Positions 37,325-46,586 of a DNA stretch of 64,000 nucleotides are shown one piece after another (positions within the stretch are counted from its first letter, which is position 1; each line of letters begins with the position of its first letter). Both the position numbers and the translations under genes were made by a program. The notes beneath the pieces are model-generated. The model was not told the DNA's origin. It saw nothing but the letters and a program-made list of their open reading frames with translations, and made no database searches. Source of the stretch: an uncultured Acidobacteriota bacterium (GTDB taxonomy: Bacteria; Acidobacteriota; UBA6911; RPQK01; JAPXNP01); NCBI GenBank assembly GCA_963777605.1, contig CAVZRV010000007.1, positions 416,001 to 480,000 on the forward strand. Reading direction: 5' to 3'.

Positions 37325-38391
37325 TTCCCCACCACGAAAACCGGCATTCCGACGTAAGCCTGCTCGAAAAGCGTCTCCAACTCATCGTTGTCGAGGGCGA
37401 CACAACCGTCCGTCCAGTCCTTTCCACGTCCACCCTCACCATGAATCTCAATCATACTTCCGATCCGGGCATTCCTCGGCAGTTGGCCCGACTGGACGAG
37501 CTTCGCGAAATCGCGGCGGTCGGTCGGATTCGGGTAGTTGAGCAGGAGAGCCCGGTGGTAACCAGTTTCCCCTGCGCCCTTGAGCTTCTTGATCAGGTAC
37601 TCCCCCTCAGGAGTACCACCATCTCCCTGACAAAGCTTATCGTTCAGGCCGTTCCAGCCCAGGTCGGCATCGAAGCTCCGGTCAAGCTTCCGGTTCTTGA
37701 GCAGGAGGAGTTTACGGTGGTACTTGTCCACCACAATAACTCCCCGTCGATCCGTCGCCGACAATGTCACAGCCCGATCCGCGAGCCTGTTCCACTTATC
37801 CAGGAAGGCAGGATCAGAAAATCGTTGCTCGAGGCGGTCGAAATGGGTGCTGAACTCCCGACTCGACTCCCGCAGTTCGCGAAGCACCTGCTCAGCCAAC
37901 CACGGGTCACCTTCGTCGAGGTGCAGACGCAGCCGGGACAACTGCAGGTTGGCTTTCGTCATCTGCAACCGCAACTCGGGAATCAGCGTGCGATGGGCAT
38001 AGGGATCGAGAAGATCCTCGAGTGCAGCCATCTCCATTCGAAGGCTCTCCATCTTCTCGCGGCGGCGCTCCACGGCCTCCCGGGCCAGATCCGTTCCCTC
38101 CCTCTGGAGGCTGGAAACCTCGTCGGCCAACTGTTGCAGAGCTTTACTCGACCGCAGCCAGGACCATTGCGACCCCAGATAGATGGAGCGCTCTCTAACT
38201 CTGAAATAGCGATTCTCGAACGCTCTGGCACCTTCGGGAATCCAGCGTTCTGTTTGGAATTCGGCCAACTCGTGGCGGATGGCTTTCAGATTCTCCCAGC
38301 CGGCCTGGGAAACTTCACCACAGGAGTTGCAGACAACCAGGAGGATGAAGAGGGAAGACTTGATGAGAGATTGCGAAAGGCATCGTTTCAA
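37306..38391 (-). CDS. L,D-transpeptidase family protein with N-terminal coiled coil
   Basis: VDK, GDGGTPEGEY, LNYPN, IEIHG..WTDGCVAL. Confidence 0.88.
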   Translation of the reverse strand: MKRCLSQSLIKSSLFILLVVCNSCGEVSQAGWENLKAIRHELAEFQTERWIPEGARAFENRYFRVRERSIYLGSQWSWLRSSKALQQLADEVSSLQREGTDLAREAVERRREKMESLRMEMAALEDLLDPYAHRTLIPELRLQMTKANLQLSRLRLHLDEGDPWLAEQVLRELRESSREFSTHFDRLEQRFSDPAFLDKWNRLADRAVTLSATDRRGVIVVDKYHRKLLLLKNRKLDRSFDADLGWNGLNDKLCQGDGGTPEGEYLIKKLKGAGETGYHRALLLNYPNPTDRRDFAKLVQSGQLPRNARIGSMIEIHGEGGRGKDWTDGCVALDNDELETLFEQAYVGMPVFVVGKCRIGQ

Positions 38392-38571
38392 CTGGGAATC
38401 CCGGAGGAAGATGCTACTACAGAACCTCCGCGACAGTTGGCCACCATCTGTTCCGGCCCAGACACTCAGGAGGAGGATCCCCTGCTGATGTTCCGCGGAA
38501 TTCTCCTCCTGGCCTTATTCAGAACCGGTCGGGACCAGCCGATCGACCTGGCTGGTCAACGAGTCCGGCAA

Positions 38572-39177
38572 TCATCCCCTCCTGCCGCGCCTGGCCACTA
38601 TGGCCTGCTCGACCTCGGAAGTGATCGACTCAGCCTGCGATTTAGCCGAAGCAATCTTGCTTTTGGCTTCGAGATACTTGCCGGCCGAGATCGACTCTCG
38701 GGCACTGTCGAGCGCTGAACTCACAGCATCCAGATCGGCCGCGAAGGCGGCTAAGTCAGCCTTGGTGCCTTTGCCCTTCGGGGCCTTCGCCAACATATCC
38801 CGCGCCGAATTCAGAGCCTGTTCGGCGTCCGCAAGAGCCTGCTCGGTCTCCTGGCCAACCCGTTCCTTTTCCGCTTTGGCACTTTCGGCGGCAGCCGCGA
38901 ACTCAGTTTTGGCCTGGTCCAGCTTGGCTACGATCGGGTCATACTCCCGAAACAGGGAAAACTTTTCGCTTTCCGCCTTGATTGCGGCCTGAGCCTCGTC
39001 GAAGGTTTCCTTGGCGGTCCGAAAATCTGTCGAGGCATAGGTTTCAGCCTCAGAGGCCACGGCCTGGTCCATCGAGCTCTTGGCTTCAGCGATGTCCTGG
39101 GTGGGTTCTGACGAACAACTCGCAAAAAGCAATGCCACACTGGCAAGAACGATCAAAAACGTAACACGACGAAACAT
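38572..39177 (-). CDS. DUF4398-like Ala-rich coiled-coil lipoprotein
   Basis: FASC lipobox, AEAETYA, APKGKG. Confidence 0.8.
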   Translation of the reverse strand: MFRRVTFLIVLASVALLFASCSSEPTQDIAEAKSSMDQAVASEAETYASTDFRTAKETFDEAQAAIKAESEKFSLFREYDPIVAKLDQAKTEFAAAAESAKAEKERVGQETEQALADAEQALNSARDMLAKAPKGKGTKADLAAFAADLDAVSSALDSARESISAGKYLEAKSKIASAKSQAESITSEVEQAIVARRGRRG

Positions 39178-39497
39178 GGTTTATCTCCCTCCCAATGGAA
39201 ACGCGCAGGAATACCTATTCCCGCGCACTCAAAGGGATAGCACGTACTGTACCACTGTCGAAAAAGTCTCCTTAGCCATCATAATCCAGCCCACGGGCCA
39301 CTACAATTGACAACATCGGAACCTGCGATTCCGATCTACTGGGAGACCAGGACCCACTAGTTCCGAATTGACGGGAGGGCGGGAGTCGTGTGCTCCAGAT
39401 TCACGACACTGGCTGGCGGGGGTCCCGCGAGTTCGACGCTTCAAAAAGAAACTGGCCAACTCCCGGCCAAGAGACCCCTTCCGATGGCCACCCCGGC

Positions 39498-40370
39498 TCA
39501 GATAGCTCTCGGCAGCTCCCGGAGCATCTTCCGCAGCGCCTCCCTCCAGTGAAGGCCCGGCTCGTTCACGAAATCGCGCGACTTCGATTTGTCGAGCACG
39601 CTGAACTGGGGCCGGCGAGCAGGAGCCTGATACTCGTCGGTAACGGTCGGAGCGATGGGAGTCTTCCGCTCGAGCAGGTTCAACGCGAGGGCTTCCTCCT
39701 GGATCGCCACCGCGAAGTCATACCAGGAAGCCACTCCCTCATCCGTCCAGTGAAGAATCGAAGGAATCTTTTGACGAGCGGAAGCCACCCAGATGAACCG
39801 GGCCAGAGAACCCGCCCAGGTGGGCGTCCCAACCTGGTCGGAGACAACGCGCACCTCCGGCAGTTCCTTCATGAGACGAAGCATCGTCTTGACGAAGTTC
39901 GCCCCGAACGCGGAATAGAGCCAGGACGTCCTGACCACGGAGGCACGATCGTTGAGAATTTCGAGTACGCGATGTTCTCCTTCCAGCTTGCTCCGGCCAT
40001 AGACGCTCAGGGGGCGGGCAGTGTCTTCCGGTTTGTAGGGACTCCCCGAACGGCCATCGAACACGAAATCCGTCGAGACGTGCCACATGCGGGTTCCAAA
40101 TTCGAGAGCAGCCGTCGCCAGGTTGGCCGCCCCCTGCGAGTTGACGAGGAAGGCCGCCTCCTCGTTCGACTCCGCCTTGTCCACCGCCGTGTAGGCCGCA
40201 GCATTGATCAGAAGTTCGGGACGGGCCTCCTCGAACGCCGCCCAGACACTCGATCGGTTCCGGATATCAATCTCATCGATATCTACCGCCGTGATTCGAT
40301 ACCCTTCGGGAGCTGACCGGATCAGTTCACGACCCAGTTGACCATGGGCCCCGGTAATCAACACCTGCAT
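39498..40370 (-). CDS. rfbD: dTDP-4-dehydrorhamnose reductase
   Basis: TGAHGQLG, NAAAYTAVD, STDFVFDG, YGRSK, DQVGTPT, RPQFSVL. Confidence 0.95.
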   Translation of the reverse strand: MQVLITGAHGQLGRELIRSAPEGYRITAVDIDEIDIRNRSSVWAAFEEARPELLINAAAYTAVDKAESNEEAAFLVNSQGAANLATAALEFGTRMWHVSTDFVFDGRSGSPYKPEDTARPLSVYGRSKLEGEHRVLEILNDRASVVRTSWLYSAFGANFVKTMLRLMKELPEVRVVSDQVGTPTWAGSLARFIWVASARQKIPSILHWTDEGVASWYDFAVAIQEEALALNLLERKTPIAPTVTDEYQAPARRPQFSVLDKSKSRDFVNEPGLHWREALRKMLRELPRAI

Positions 40371-40397
40371 AGCGACATCCCTATCCGTGACCGGACA

Positions 40398-41468
40398 CTA
40401 GAGCCAGTTCTTCCTTCGGAATAAGTAAAGCATCAGGAGGGCCAGCACCACCATGATCACCCACACGACCGGGTAAGCCCAAGCATAGTGCAGCTCGGGC
40501 ATGTAATCGAAGTTCATCCCGTAGACACCGACAATGAATGTCAGCGGTATGAAGATGGTAGCGATCACGGTCAGAACCTTCATGACTTCGTTCATCCCGT
40601 TGCTCACCACCGAGAGGTAAATGTCGAGCAGGCTGGAACTGCTGTCCCGCAATGCCTCGACGGTCTCGAGTACCTGCACGGAATGGTCATAGACGTCGTG
40701 CAGAAAAACCTGGATTTCCTGGGTTACCAGCGGATTCTCTTCCCTGATCAGCCGGCTCAAGGCGTCCCGAACCGGCCAGATAGCCCGCCGCATCGGCACA
40801 AGGTCCGCCTTCAGGCGCTGGATACCCCGGAGCGTCTTTTGGGTCGCCTCGCCGAACACCTCCAATTCGAGCGCCTCAGAAAGGTGCCCCAGACTCTCCA
40901 TGACCAGGAAGTAGTGGTCCACAACCGCATCAATCAGCGCGTAAAAGAGGTAATCCGGCCCCATACTGCGGATCCGAACACGCCCGGTGCGAATCCGCTC
41001 GCGAATCGGTTCGAAAACATCGCCCGGGACTTCCTGGAACGAAATCACGTAACCCTTCCCCAGGACGAAGCTCACCTGCTCGGTGATGATCATCCGCCCG
41101 TGCATATCCTGAGCCTGAAGCATGCGGAGGACAAAGAAAACGTGATCCGGATAGAAATCGGTCTTGGGACGTTGATCCGTGTGCAGCACATCTTCCAGAA
41201 GCAACGGATGCAGGTCAAACATGGAACCGAGCCGGCCCACCAGGTCCGCGTGATGGATTCCTTCAACGTTGATCCAGGTCACCGACTCCTGCCCCGCGAG
41301 CTCTTTCAGAACCTTGTCCGGCTGTTTCATCTCCTGCTCGCTGAAGTGCTCCGGACCGTAGTCGATTACCGTAATCCTCGCCTCGACGGCCCGCTCCTCG
41401 CCAACATAGATGAGACTTCCGGGAGCTTCCCCCGGTCGTTTCTGGGTCTTTCGCCTTTTCTTGAACAT
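40398..41468 (-). CDS. corA: Magnesium/cobalt transporter CorA
   Basis: PGSL, WINVEG, LHPLLLED, QRPK, MNEVMKVLT, YGMNF, MPEL. Confidence 0.95.
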   Translation of the reverse strand: MFKKRRKTQKRPGEAPGSLIYVGEERAVEARITVIDYGPEHFSEQEMKQPDKVLKELAGQESVTWINVEGIHHADLVGRLGSMFDLHPLLLEDVLHTDQRPKTDFYPDHVFFVLRMLQAQDMHGRMIITEQVSFVLGKGYVISFQEVPGDVFEPIRERIRTGRVRIRSMGPDYLFYALIDAVVDHYFLVMESLGHLSEALELEVFGEATQKTLRGIQRLKADLVPMRRAIWPVRDALSRLIREENPLVTQEIQVFLHDVYDHSVQVLETVEALRDSSSSLLDIYLSVVSNGMNEVMKVLTVIATIFIPLTFIVGVYGMNFDYMPELHYAWAYPVVWVIMVVLALLMLYLFRRKNWL

Positions 41469-41545
41469 CTCGCGCCCCGTCAACCTCATTCGTATAATAC
41501 CTTCGCTGATCGGCCGGGGAAATTTCCGGCCTTGCGCGCCTGCGG

Positions 41546-42020
41546 TCAAGCGGCAGGCTGCGAATACTGGATAAGCCCCGCTCCGCGATAGAGGAAATAG
41601 AGAGCAACCAGGACCAGGCAGTGGAAAAGGTCGTTCTGATTGAAATGTTGATGAAAGCTGACCCTGAGCGCCGATTACGACTTCACCGAGTGCCGTGATG
41701 GCAATCCCGGCCAGAAGCCAGTCGCGCGCAGGCCCTATCGTCCCCACCAACGACCCGGCAACCATGAAACCAGCGCTCGATCCGATCAATACGAGCGTGA
41801 CGTCCCACAAGGCATGCAGCGTCGTTTCGGGAAGGACATTGCGAAAGCCGTGAAACGTCCCACCGGTCAAAGCCGCGAAACCGAGCAGAAACATTCCGAC
41901 GGGCCAGAGCCAGCCGGTCCTGCCATCAGCACCGTGCGGCAACAACAAAATCCCGTAAACGGCGCAACTCGCGGTGATCAGGTAGTCAGTCAGCGCTGTC
42001 GTTGGTTCGCTGAGGGTCAT
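41546..42020 (-). pseudogene. DUF6962-like membrane protein, frameshifted near 41670-41690
   Basis: N-part EPTTALTDY..GGTFHGF; the expected C-part SFHQHFNQNDLFHCLVLVALYFLYRG is in another frame and ends at TGA 41548-41546. Confidence 0.75.
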
Positions 42021-42144
42021 GGGCGTAAGATTACCTCAAGTTGTTCCCATTTATGTCAGCAACCGGCAATCATTTGCAGGCGTATCGAACTTCGCGCCGC
42101 TTGCCGCGGATGCCAGTCGGCCGGATCAAACCGGCATTCAAACC

Positions 42145-43521
42145 ATGTCGATCGATTTTCGTGTCGGTGACTTTTTCGCACCGCGAACCATTCTTGATCT
42201 TCGGCGAACCCTGGAACGTACCCAGTGGCTGCCACGGGGAGAACTGGAAGAGTACCAGAGGAGGCGGCTCGCGGCAGTCCTGGATCATGCCCTGACCAAG
42301 GTTCCATACTACCGAAGACTGCTACGCCACCTCGGTCTGGCACGCTCCGATTTCAGAGATGTCGAGGATCTTCGACACCTCCCTCTGCTCCGCAAGAACG
42401 CCCTGCGACAATACCTGCCGAGCTTGCTTGCCGACGATTTCAAACGTTACCATCCCGTGCTCTGCACGACCAGCGGGACCTCCGGGGCTCCCCTCCGCTT
42501 TTTCATGGACCGCCGTTCGAACGCGCTCGAGTTCGTCTACTACTGGCGCCACTGGTCGTGGGCTGGGTACCGGCTCGGCGACCGCTTCGCCGAATTGAGC
42601 AACCACTTTTTCATAGCCCGGCCCCACCTTCGTAGTCGGGACTGGGTCTATCAGCCTCACCTGCGCCGACTGGTTCTGAACGGGCTCCGAATCTCGGCTC
42701 AGTCCGCTCCCCGGCTGGCCCAGGGGCTTCGCCGGTATCGCGTCAAATACCTGAAAGGATTGGCTTCCGGCCTCTACTTCTTTGCCCACAGCCTGGAGGA
42801 ACGCAGAATAAAGGACGTCGCACTTCGTGCAGTATTCTCAACCGGAGAACTGGTCACGGGAAAACACCGCTCCACCATCGAGGATGTCTTTTCCTGCAAA
42901 GTGCTCGACTCCTACGGCCACATGGAACGAACCGTAGCCGTTTCTCAGTGTGCCGACGGGGGATACCACATCAACAGCGACTACGGGGTGCTCCAACTCG
43001 GCAGCCGGCGGCAGGAAGGCGCGCACGAAATCGGCAGGGTGGTTGGGACGTCGCTCTACAACTACGCGATGCCCTTGATCCGCTACGATGTGGAAGATGA
43101 AATTGAACTGGCGACACCCGGAACTTCGTGCCCCTGTGGACGAACGCTTCCTCTGGTCTCTGCAATTCGGGGCCGGGTCGGTGATATCGTTGTCACCCCG
43201 GAAGGTGAGTTCGTCACCGCTCTTTTCATCATCCCGGAGATGATCCCGGAGGCCAAGTTCATCCAGTTCCACCAAACTGATGCAAGCACTCTCGAAGTCA
43301 GGGTCGTCCCCAGGCAAAGTCTCGCAGAGCACACTAAAGGCGAGATCGAGGACCGGGTCCGCTCGATGATCGGCGAATCCATGGAAGTCCGGATTTGGGC
43401 TGCAACAGAATCCGACCTGGTCCGGGGCAACTCGGGCAAGCTCCGCACCGTCATCGGCCTCGGGAGCGAAGGAAAAGATTTGACACCGCCGGCGCCGGCC
43501 GCCAACATTGTTGGCTCATAG
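42145..43521 (+). CDS. Phenylacetate-CoA ligase/CapK family adenylate-forming enzyme
   Basis: VPYYR, TTSGTSGAP, STGE, DSYGHME, MPLIRYDVED, CPCGR, IRGR, SGKLR. Confidence 0.9.
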   Translation: MSIDFRVGDFFAPRTILDLRRTLERTQWLPRGELEEYQRRRLAAVLDHALTKVPYYRRLLRHLGLARSDFRDVEDLRHLPLLRKNALRQYLPSLLADDFKRYHPVLCTTSGTSGAPLRFFMDRRSNALEFVYYWRHWSWAGYRLGDRFAELSNHFFIARPHLRSRDWVYQPHLRRLVLNGLRISAQSAPRLAQGLRRYRVKYLKGLASGLYFFAHSLEERRIKDVALRAVFSTGELVTGKHRSTIEDVFSCKVLDSYGHMERTVAVSQCADGGYHINSDYGVLQLGSRRQEGAHEIGRVVGTSLYNYAMPLIRYDVEDEIELATPGTSCPCGRTLPLVSAIRGRVGDIVVTPEGEFVTALFIIPEMIPEAKFIQFHQTDASTLEVRVVPRQSLAEHTKGEIEDRVRSMIGESMEVRIWAATESDLVRGNSGKLRTVIGLGSEGKDLTPPAPAANIVGS

Positions 43522-43575
43522 GCTCAGCGGAGAACTTCCGACGGAAGCTCGCCGTCAGAACACTTGAGAATTGTC

Positions 43576-44985
43576 ATGGCAGACGGTCCCGAACGACATC
43601 TTACTATTCTCGGAGGAGGGCCTGCGGGACTCTCGGTGGCTCACTACGCGCACCGGAATGGCCTTCCGTTCGTTCTCTTCGAGCGTGCCTCCGAGTTTGG
43701 TGGGTTGTGTCGAACCGAAACCTGTGCCAGCCACCGATTCGATACCGGGGCTCACCGGTTTCACGATCAGGACAGCGAGATCACCACTGATCTGAAAGGG
43801 CTCATCGGCAGCGAACTCCGGTCGATTTCCAAGCCCAGCAAAGTCTGGCTATCGGGCCGTTTTGCCGATTTCCCTCCAACCCCGGCAAATCTGGTTCTGT
43901 CGGGGGGAATCTTCAACGCTTCCAGGATTGGATGGGATCTGCTTAAGACGCGCTTCCAGGACAAGGGGCAGGAACCGGTCTCCTTCGCGGACCTTGCCGT
44001 TCGAAGTTTCGGGCGCACTCTGGCGGAGCAGTTCCTGCTCAACTACTCAGCCAAGGTCTGGGGGTTGCCGGCCGAGCAACTCTCTCCCGCCGTCGCCACC
44101 CGACGTTTGTCCGGGATGACTTTGAAAACCCTGGTCACCGAACTGTTCCAACCGGGCCGCAAGACGACTCACCTGGACGGTCAGTTCCTTTATCCGCGCG
44201 GAGGCTACGGCCGAATTATGGACGCCATCCTGGAAGGTCTCCCCGCCGACAGCCTGTACAGCAATCATGAAGTGTGCGGCATCGACCTCTCCAGCGGCAG
44301 CATCAGCCGGATCCGGTTTGCTGACGGAACGAGCCGGGAGGTCCAGGACCGTGTCGTCTGGACGCTGCCTTTGACCCTGGCAGTCCGGCTTCTCGGCTCC
44401 AGGGTCTTCACCAAGGAGGCGATCTCATATGCCGGTGAGCTTCGATTTCGCCAAATCAGGCTGCTCTATTTCCGCATCAGTCGGTCCCGATTCTCGGACA
44501 ACGCGTCCATCTACATTCCCGACCCACAATATTGTCTCTCGCGGATCTACGAACCGAAGAACCGTTGCGAGACTATGGCCCCGGCAAACGAAACCGGCCT
44601 GGCCGTTGAAGTTCCCTGCTTTGCCGGAGACGATCTCGATCAATTGCCGGACGAAGAACTCAAGCACCGCATCACAGCAGAGATGGTGCAACTCGGCCTG
44701 ATCCGTCCTTCTGAGATCCTGGGCTGGCGTCACCTGCTCCTCCCCAACGCATACCCGGTCTACTCCCTGGGTTTTGCTGATCAAGTGGACTTGATAGCCC
44801 GGCAGGCTTCCCAGGTCCAAAATCTGGAATTGCTGGGAAGAAACGGAACCTTCTTTTACAGCCACCTCCACAACCAGATGAGGTTTGCGAAGGATCTAAT
44901 CCGGCGAATAGGCGCTGAAACTCCGCAGGTTTCAACAAATGCAGGCTACCAGGGATCAGACCGGTCATCGGGCACTTTTGGATAG
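43576..44985 (+). CDS. FAD-dependent oxidoreductase (HemY/UDP-galactopyranose mutase-like)
   Basis: ILGGGPAG, GGLCRT, FDTGAHRF, YPRGGYG, AYPVY, GRNG. Confidence 0.85.
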   Translation: MADGPERHLTILGGGPAGLSVAHYAHRNGLPFVLFERASEFGGLCRTETCASHRFDTGAHRFHDQDSEITTDLKGLIGSELRSISKPSKVWLSGRFADFPPTPANLVLSGGIFNASRIGWDLLKTRFQDKGQEPVSFADLAVRSFGRTLAEQFLLNYSAKVWGLPAEQLSPAVATRRLSGMTLKTLVTELFQPGRKTTHLDGQFLYPRGGYGRIMDAILEGLPADSLYSNHEVCGIDLSSGSISRIRFADGTSREVQDRVVWTLPLTLAVRLLGSRVFTKEAISYAGELRFRQIRLLYFRISRSRFSDNASIYIPDPQYCLSRIYEPKNRCETMAPANETGLAVEVPCFAGDDLDQLPDEELKHRITAEMVQLGLIRPSEILGWRHLLLPNAYPVYSLGFADQVDLIARQASQVQNLELLGRNGTFFYSHLHNQMRFAKDLIRRIGAETPQVSTNAGYQGSDRSSGTFG

Positions 44986-46249
44986 GCTGTCGCAGAATTC
45001 GTCGGCGAAAGGCATCCTGAGGAAGTTGGGAGAACGCCCCCTTCCGCTGATCGCTGTCGTCTTCTTCCTATCTTCTCTCGTCACCGGGCCACTCGATCCC
45101 AAGACTGCAGCCGACTCCTTCCACTGGAGAGTCGGCCCGATCTACGTCGGCCGACCGGTTTCCTTCTGGGGAGACACGCCGCATTACCTGCTTATCGTCA
45201 ACAGCATTATCGAAGATGGTGATTTCGACGTGGCCAACAATTACGCCCAGGCTGAGCAGGGGGACTGGGACCAGGGGACCCGCTTCAAAGGCAAACCGAT
45301 CGATCACCATGTCGATCGGGATACGGTCGGCCAGGAACTCTCGTATCACGCTCCGTTCCTCCCCCTTCTGCTCGCAGCGTTTTGCTGGCCCTTCCGAGAG
45401 ACTCAGTGGGTCGAGTCGGTCTGCATTTGGCTCACACTCGCGGTGTCGATCATTTCCCTTGGGTTCCTGTCGAAGCGATTCTCAAAAGGAAACAGCATTG
45501 TGCTACTGCTGGCATTTGCCACGCCGCTCTGGTGCTACAGCAGGGATGTCTGGACCGAACCCTGGATTATGGCCGCCTGGATCTTGATGTTGACGTTCAG
45601 CAACCCCTGGGTGCAAGCCGTCGCAGCGATCGCCGGCATTCTCTTCAAGTATTCTTTCGCCGTCGTGCCGGCAACGTTCGCCCTGGTTGCCATCTATCGG
45701 AAGGACTGGCGACGGGCGCTGATTATCGGCGGCGCTTCGGTGGTGGCGGTCCTGTTCGCATTCGGATTCATCCAGCTCCTGTTTCGCCACACCGATCATT
45801 TCAGTCTCTTCCACCTGGGAGCCCACGGCCTTCCTGGTCAAAGGGAACGGTTCGGCCCCTTTACGCTCCGGTCGGCCGGTTTGATCGGTCTGCTGCTTTC
45901 TCCTAAGGACGGGATCCTGCCGTTCAGCCCATTTCTGGCCTGGGGTTTTTGGAATTTTCGGAGGGGCGGCGCGGTCTTTCTGCCGGCGCTGTCCTTCTTC
46001 GCACTGCACGGTTTCTATTACGGCTGGAAGGCCGGCAGCGGCTTTTCAGCCCGCTACCTCGTACCCATGCTGCCGGTCATGGTCTATGGGGCGGTGCTCT
46101 CGGGCCGCCGGCCCCGGAGCCTTTTCTGGGTGTTCGTTATTTACTCGGCCGTGGTCTGCGGCATCGCCGGACTGCTTCCCTCTGCGGCCTACGATCGAAG
46201 CGTTCCTGAAATCTTCGGTTTCCTCTGGTCGGAGATTCAACTTCCCTGA
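44939..46249 (+). CDS. Polytopic membrane protein, GT-C-type glycosyltransferase-like
   Basis: GDTPHY..SIIEDGD after the first TM helix, TPLWCYS..WTEP, GLLLSPKDG..FSP, ARYLVP; start uncertain. Confidence 0.65.
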   Translation: MQATRDQTGHRALLDRLSQNSSAKGILRKLGERPLPLIAVVFFLSSLVTGPLDPKTAADSFHWRVGPIYVGRPVSFWGDTPHYLLIVNSIIEDGDFDVANNYAQAEQGDWDQGTRFKGKPIDHHVDRDTVGQELSYHAPFLPLLLAAFCWPFRETQWVESVCIWLTLAVSIISLGFLSKRFSKGNSIVLLLAFATPLWCYSRDVWTEPWIMAAWILMLTFSNPWVQAVAAIAGILFKYSFAVVPATFALVAIYRKDWRRALIIGGASVVAVLFAFGFIQLLFRHTDHFSLFHLGAHGLPGQRERFGPFTLRSAGLIGLLLSPKDGILPFSPFLAWGFWNFRRGGAVFLPALSFFALHGFYYGWKAGSGFSARYLVPMLPVMVYGAVLSGRRPRSLFWVFVIYSAVVCGIAGLLPSAAYDRSVPEIFGFLWSEIQLP

Positions 46250-46290
46250 GCCTCTGGTTCAAGACCGGCAGCTTGAGTACCATAGGTGGC

Positions 46291-46554
46291 GTGACCGACT
46301 ACGAGCTCGAGCTGGCAGTGAAACAGATCCTGGTCGAAGACCTTCAACTGACATCCGAATCCGTTGAGAGCCTTGGACCCGACACCCCGTTGCTCGGGCG
46401 TGGACTCGGGCTGGATTCGATGGAAGCCCTCACGCTGGCCACATCCCTGGAACAACGTTTTGAAATCCAGATCCTCGACCCCGAACTGACTCCTTCCCTG
46501 TTCAACAGTTTTTCAGCCCTCGTCCAGTTTGTCCGCGGCAAGCTCGACGGGTAG
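46291..46554 (+). CDS. Acyl carrier protein
   Basis: LGLDSMEAL phosphopantetheine motif; acidic, ~87 aa. Confidence 0.9.
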   Translation: MTDYELELAVKQILVEDLQLTSESVESLGPDTPLLGRGLGLDSMEALTLATSLEQRFEIQILDPELTPSLFNSFSALVQFVRGKLDG

Positions 46555-46586
46555 CTCGAAGAGATATTCCCTGGTGAGACCAACCA

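Noticed and set aside
39435-39457. Further reverse-strand copy of the 65-bp repeat (GGCCAGTTTCTTTTTGAA)
   Set aside because: Only a short gapped match; could be chance.
40398-42020. 540-aa CorA with novel N-terminal membrane domain
   Set aside because: Product of a frameshift in the upstream gene, whose true C-terminus is in another frame.
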